Source of the DNA: Phyllosticta citribraziliensis
Taxonomy: Eukaryota
DNA length: 64,000 nt
Assembly (NCBI RefSeq): GCF_038025025.1
Contig: NW_027117341.1
Span: 248,001-312,000, forward strand
Reading direction: 5' to 3'
This document shows, one piece after another, positions 62,838-64,000 of this stretch; the stretch's first letter is position 1; every line of letters starts with the position of its first letter. The notes below the pieces were generated by a model, which saw only the letters and a program-made list of their open reading frames with translations, was not told the origin of the DNA and did no database searches. The position numbers and the translations under genes were made by a program.

Positions 62838-63891
62838 TTAGTCTCTATCCCGAGCATGATACGATGACCTGTTTTCCTCGAGGGATCGACCTTCCGAATA
62901 TGACGGAGGCGAGGCGCCCTCTCTCAAGGACATTTGAACGTCTGCGATTGTCCTCAACCTCTTCCTGACCTCCCTGACCAACCGAATAGGATGCAGTACC
63001 AGAAATCCAACCATGACCTCCAGCATGGGTACGCCGTCAAACAGGTAGATGAAGACTTCATGGCTCCCGACGAAGCCTTCCATCCCGGTCACAAATTCGA
63101 TGCCTCTGACGATGCTCCGAATGACCAGCATTACGGCCGCAACTTCCAGGACGATGAAGTAGCCCAGCCAGTTCACGCCCGGGTCAGCGCACATGTTGGT
63201 GGTGGGCGACCGCCTGAGCCTGGCGTGCATGCGGCCGCAGGTGATGGTAAACACAGCCAGAGCAGCAAGCTGTGCAAAAAGACCGACCAGGACAACAATC
63301 TTGCTCAGGCGCCGGCCCTCGGGAGTACCACTTGCAGGAAGAACAGTGCCAACCAGCTGGGTAAAAATGGCGACGATATCGATCAGGACATAGAGCTTGG
63401 TCGGAGAGCAAGACCAGCAGGAAATGCAGCATCGCGCACAACAGCCCCTGTCGCGTTTGCGTTTCTTCGGGACTCCGTCATCGTGGATAGCGGTTACGAG
63501 GCGTCCGTACGACATGTACACGCTGGCGGCGAGAAGTGGCGGTCCAACGAGCAGCAGCATGTTTTGCAGGAGCCAAGGGTCAAGGATTGTAACTTGAGTG
63601 TGTGCCTTGGCACGCTCGTAGTAGCCAAAGACTTCGCCTGAGGGTGTTAGCCAGTCTGTTTCATCGAATATCAAGATCAAGAGCGGCAGACTCACAAACT
63701 CCACCCAGAATGAAGGGAATGAACGACCAGGCCCGCAACCAGCAGAGGAATCCCAAGTGAGCGATCGTTGCTATCGCGAAGAGGGCCATGAAGGCGTATC
63801 CGGCACTCTCGCTTGGTCGGTACTCCCAGAAGACTACGACCATGGAGCCGTTGACCACTGGGCCGTAGGGAGGGCCATCATTGAACGCCAT
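62838..63891 (-). CDS. RTA1-family multi-pass membrane protein
   Basis: YRPS, FIPFILGGVC|EVFGY (intron 63638-63695), GPPLLAASVYMSYGR, IRSIVRGIEF, HEVFIYLFDGVPM, HP: typical RTA1/Rsb1 motifs. Confidence 0.88.
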
Positions 63892-64000
63892 AGCGGAAGA
63901 ACGGTCAAAAGGAGAGCAAATTGATTCGGTCAAGATTGAAGACGTCGATGACGCTCAAGCTTAATGGCAGCGGAGAATCGATGGATGCGATGTATTTGAA

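Overview
Eukaryotic DNA from a filamentous ascomycete (short GT-AG introns with CTRAC branch points, microsatellite-rich intergenic DNA; Dothideomycete-like by inference). After a ~8.5 kb gene-poor left end there is a housekeeping backbone: CSF1, HFL1/TMEM184, RPL40, RRN7, eIF5A, VPS52, a SulP transporter, CIC1/UTP30, TOS4 and an RTA1-family gene. Two paralog islands interrupt it: a tandem pair of F-box-like genes (28.8-32.3 kb) and a four-gene, five-domain array of PD-(D/E)xK-like nuclease-fold proteins with KRKR motifs (52.9-62.6 kb). Only one of the five domains keeps the full PD...ExK...Q motif, and three of the genes share a conserved two-part upstream element. This 'one intact nuclease plus several pseudo-nucleases' array is the best candidate for an undescribed system. 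Also notable: a transaldolase-family gene with fructose-6-phosphate-aldolase-type catalytic residues, a predicted myristoylated CRIB-like protein, and an RPL40 start codon split by an intron. All gene models and family calls were made by eye; no searches were run.
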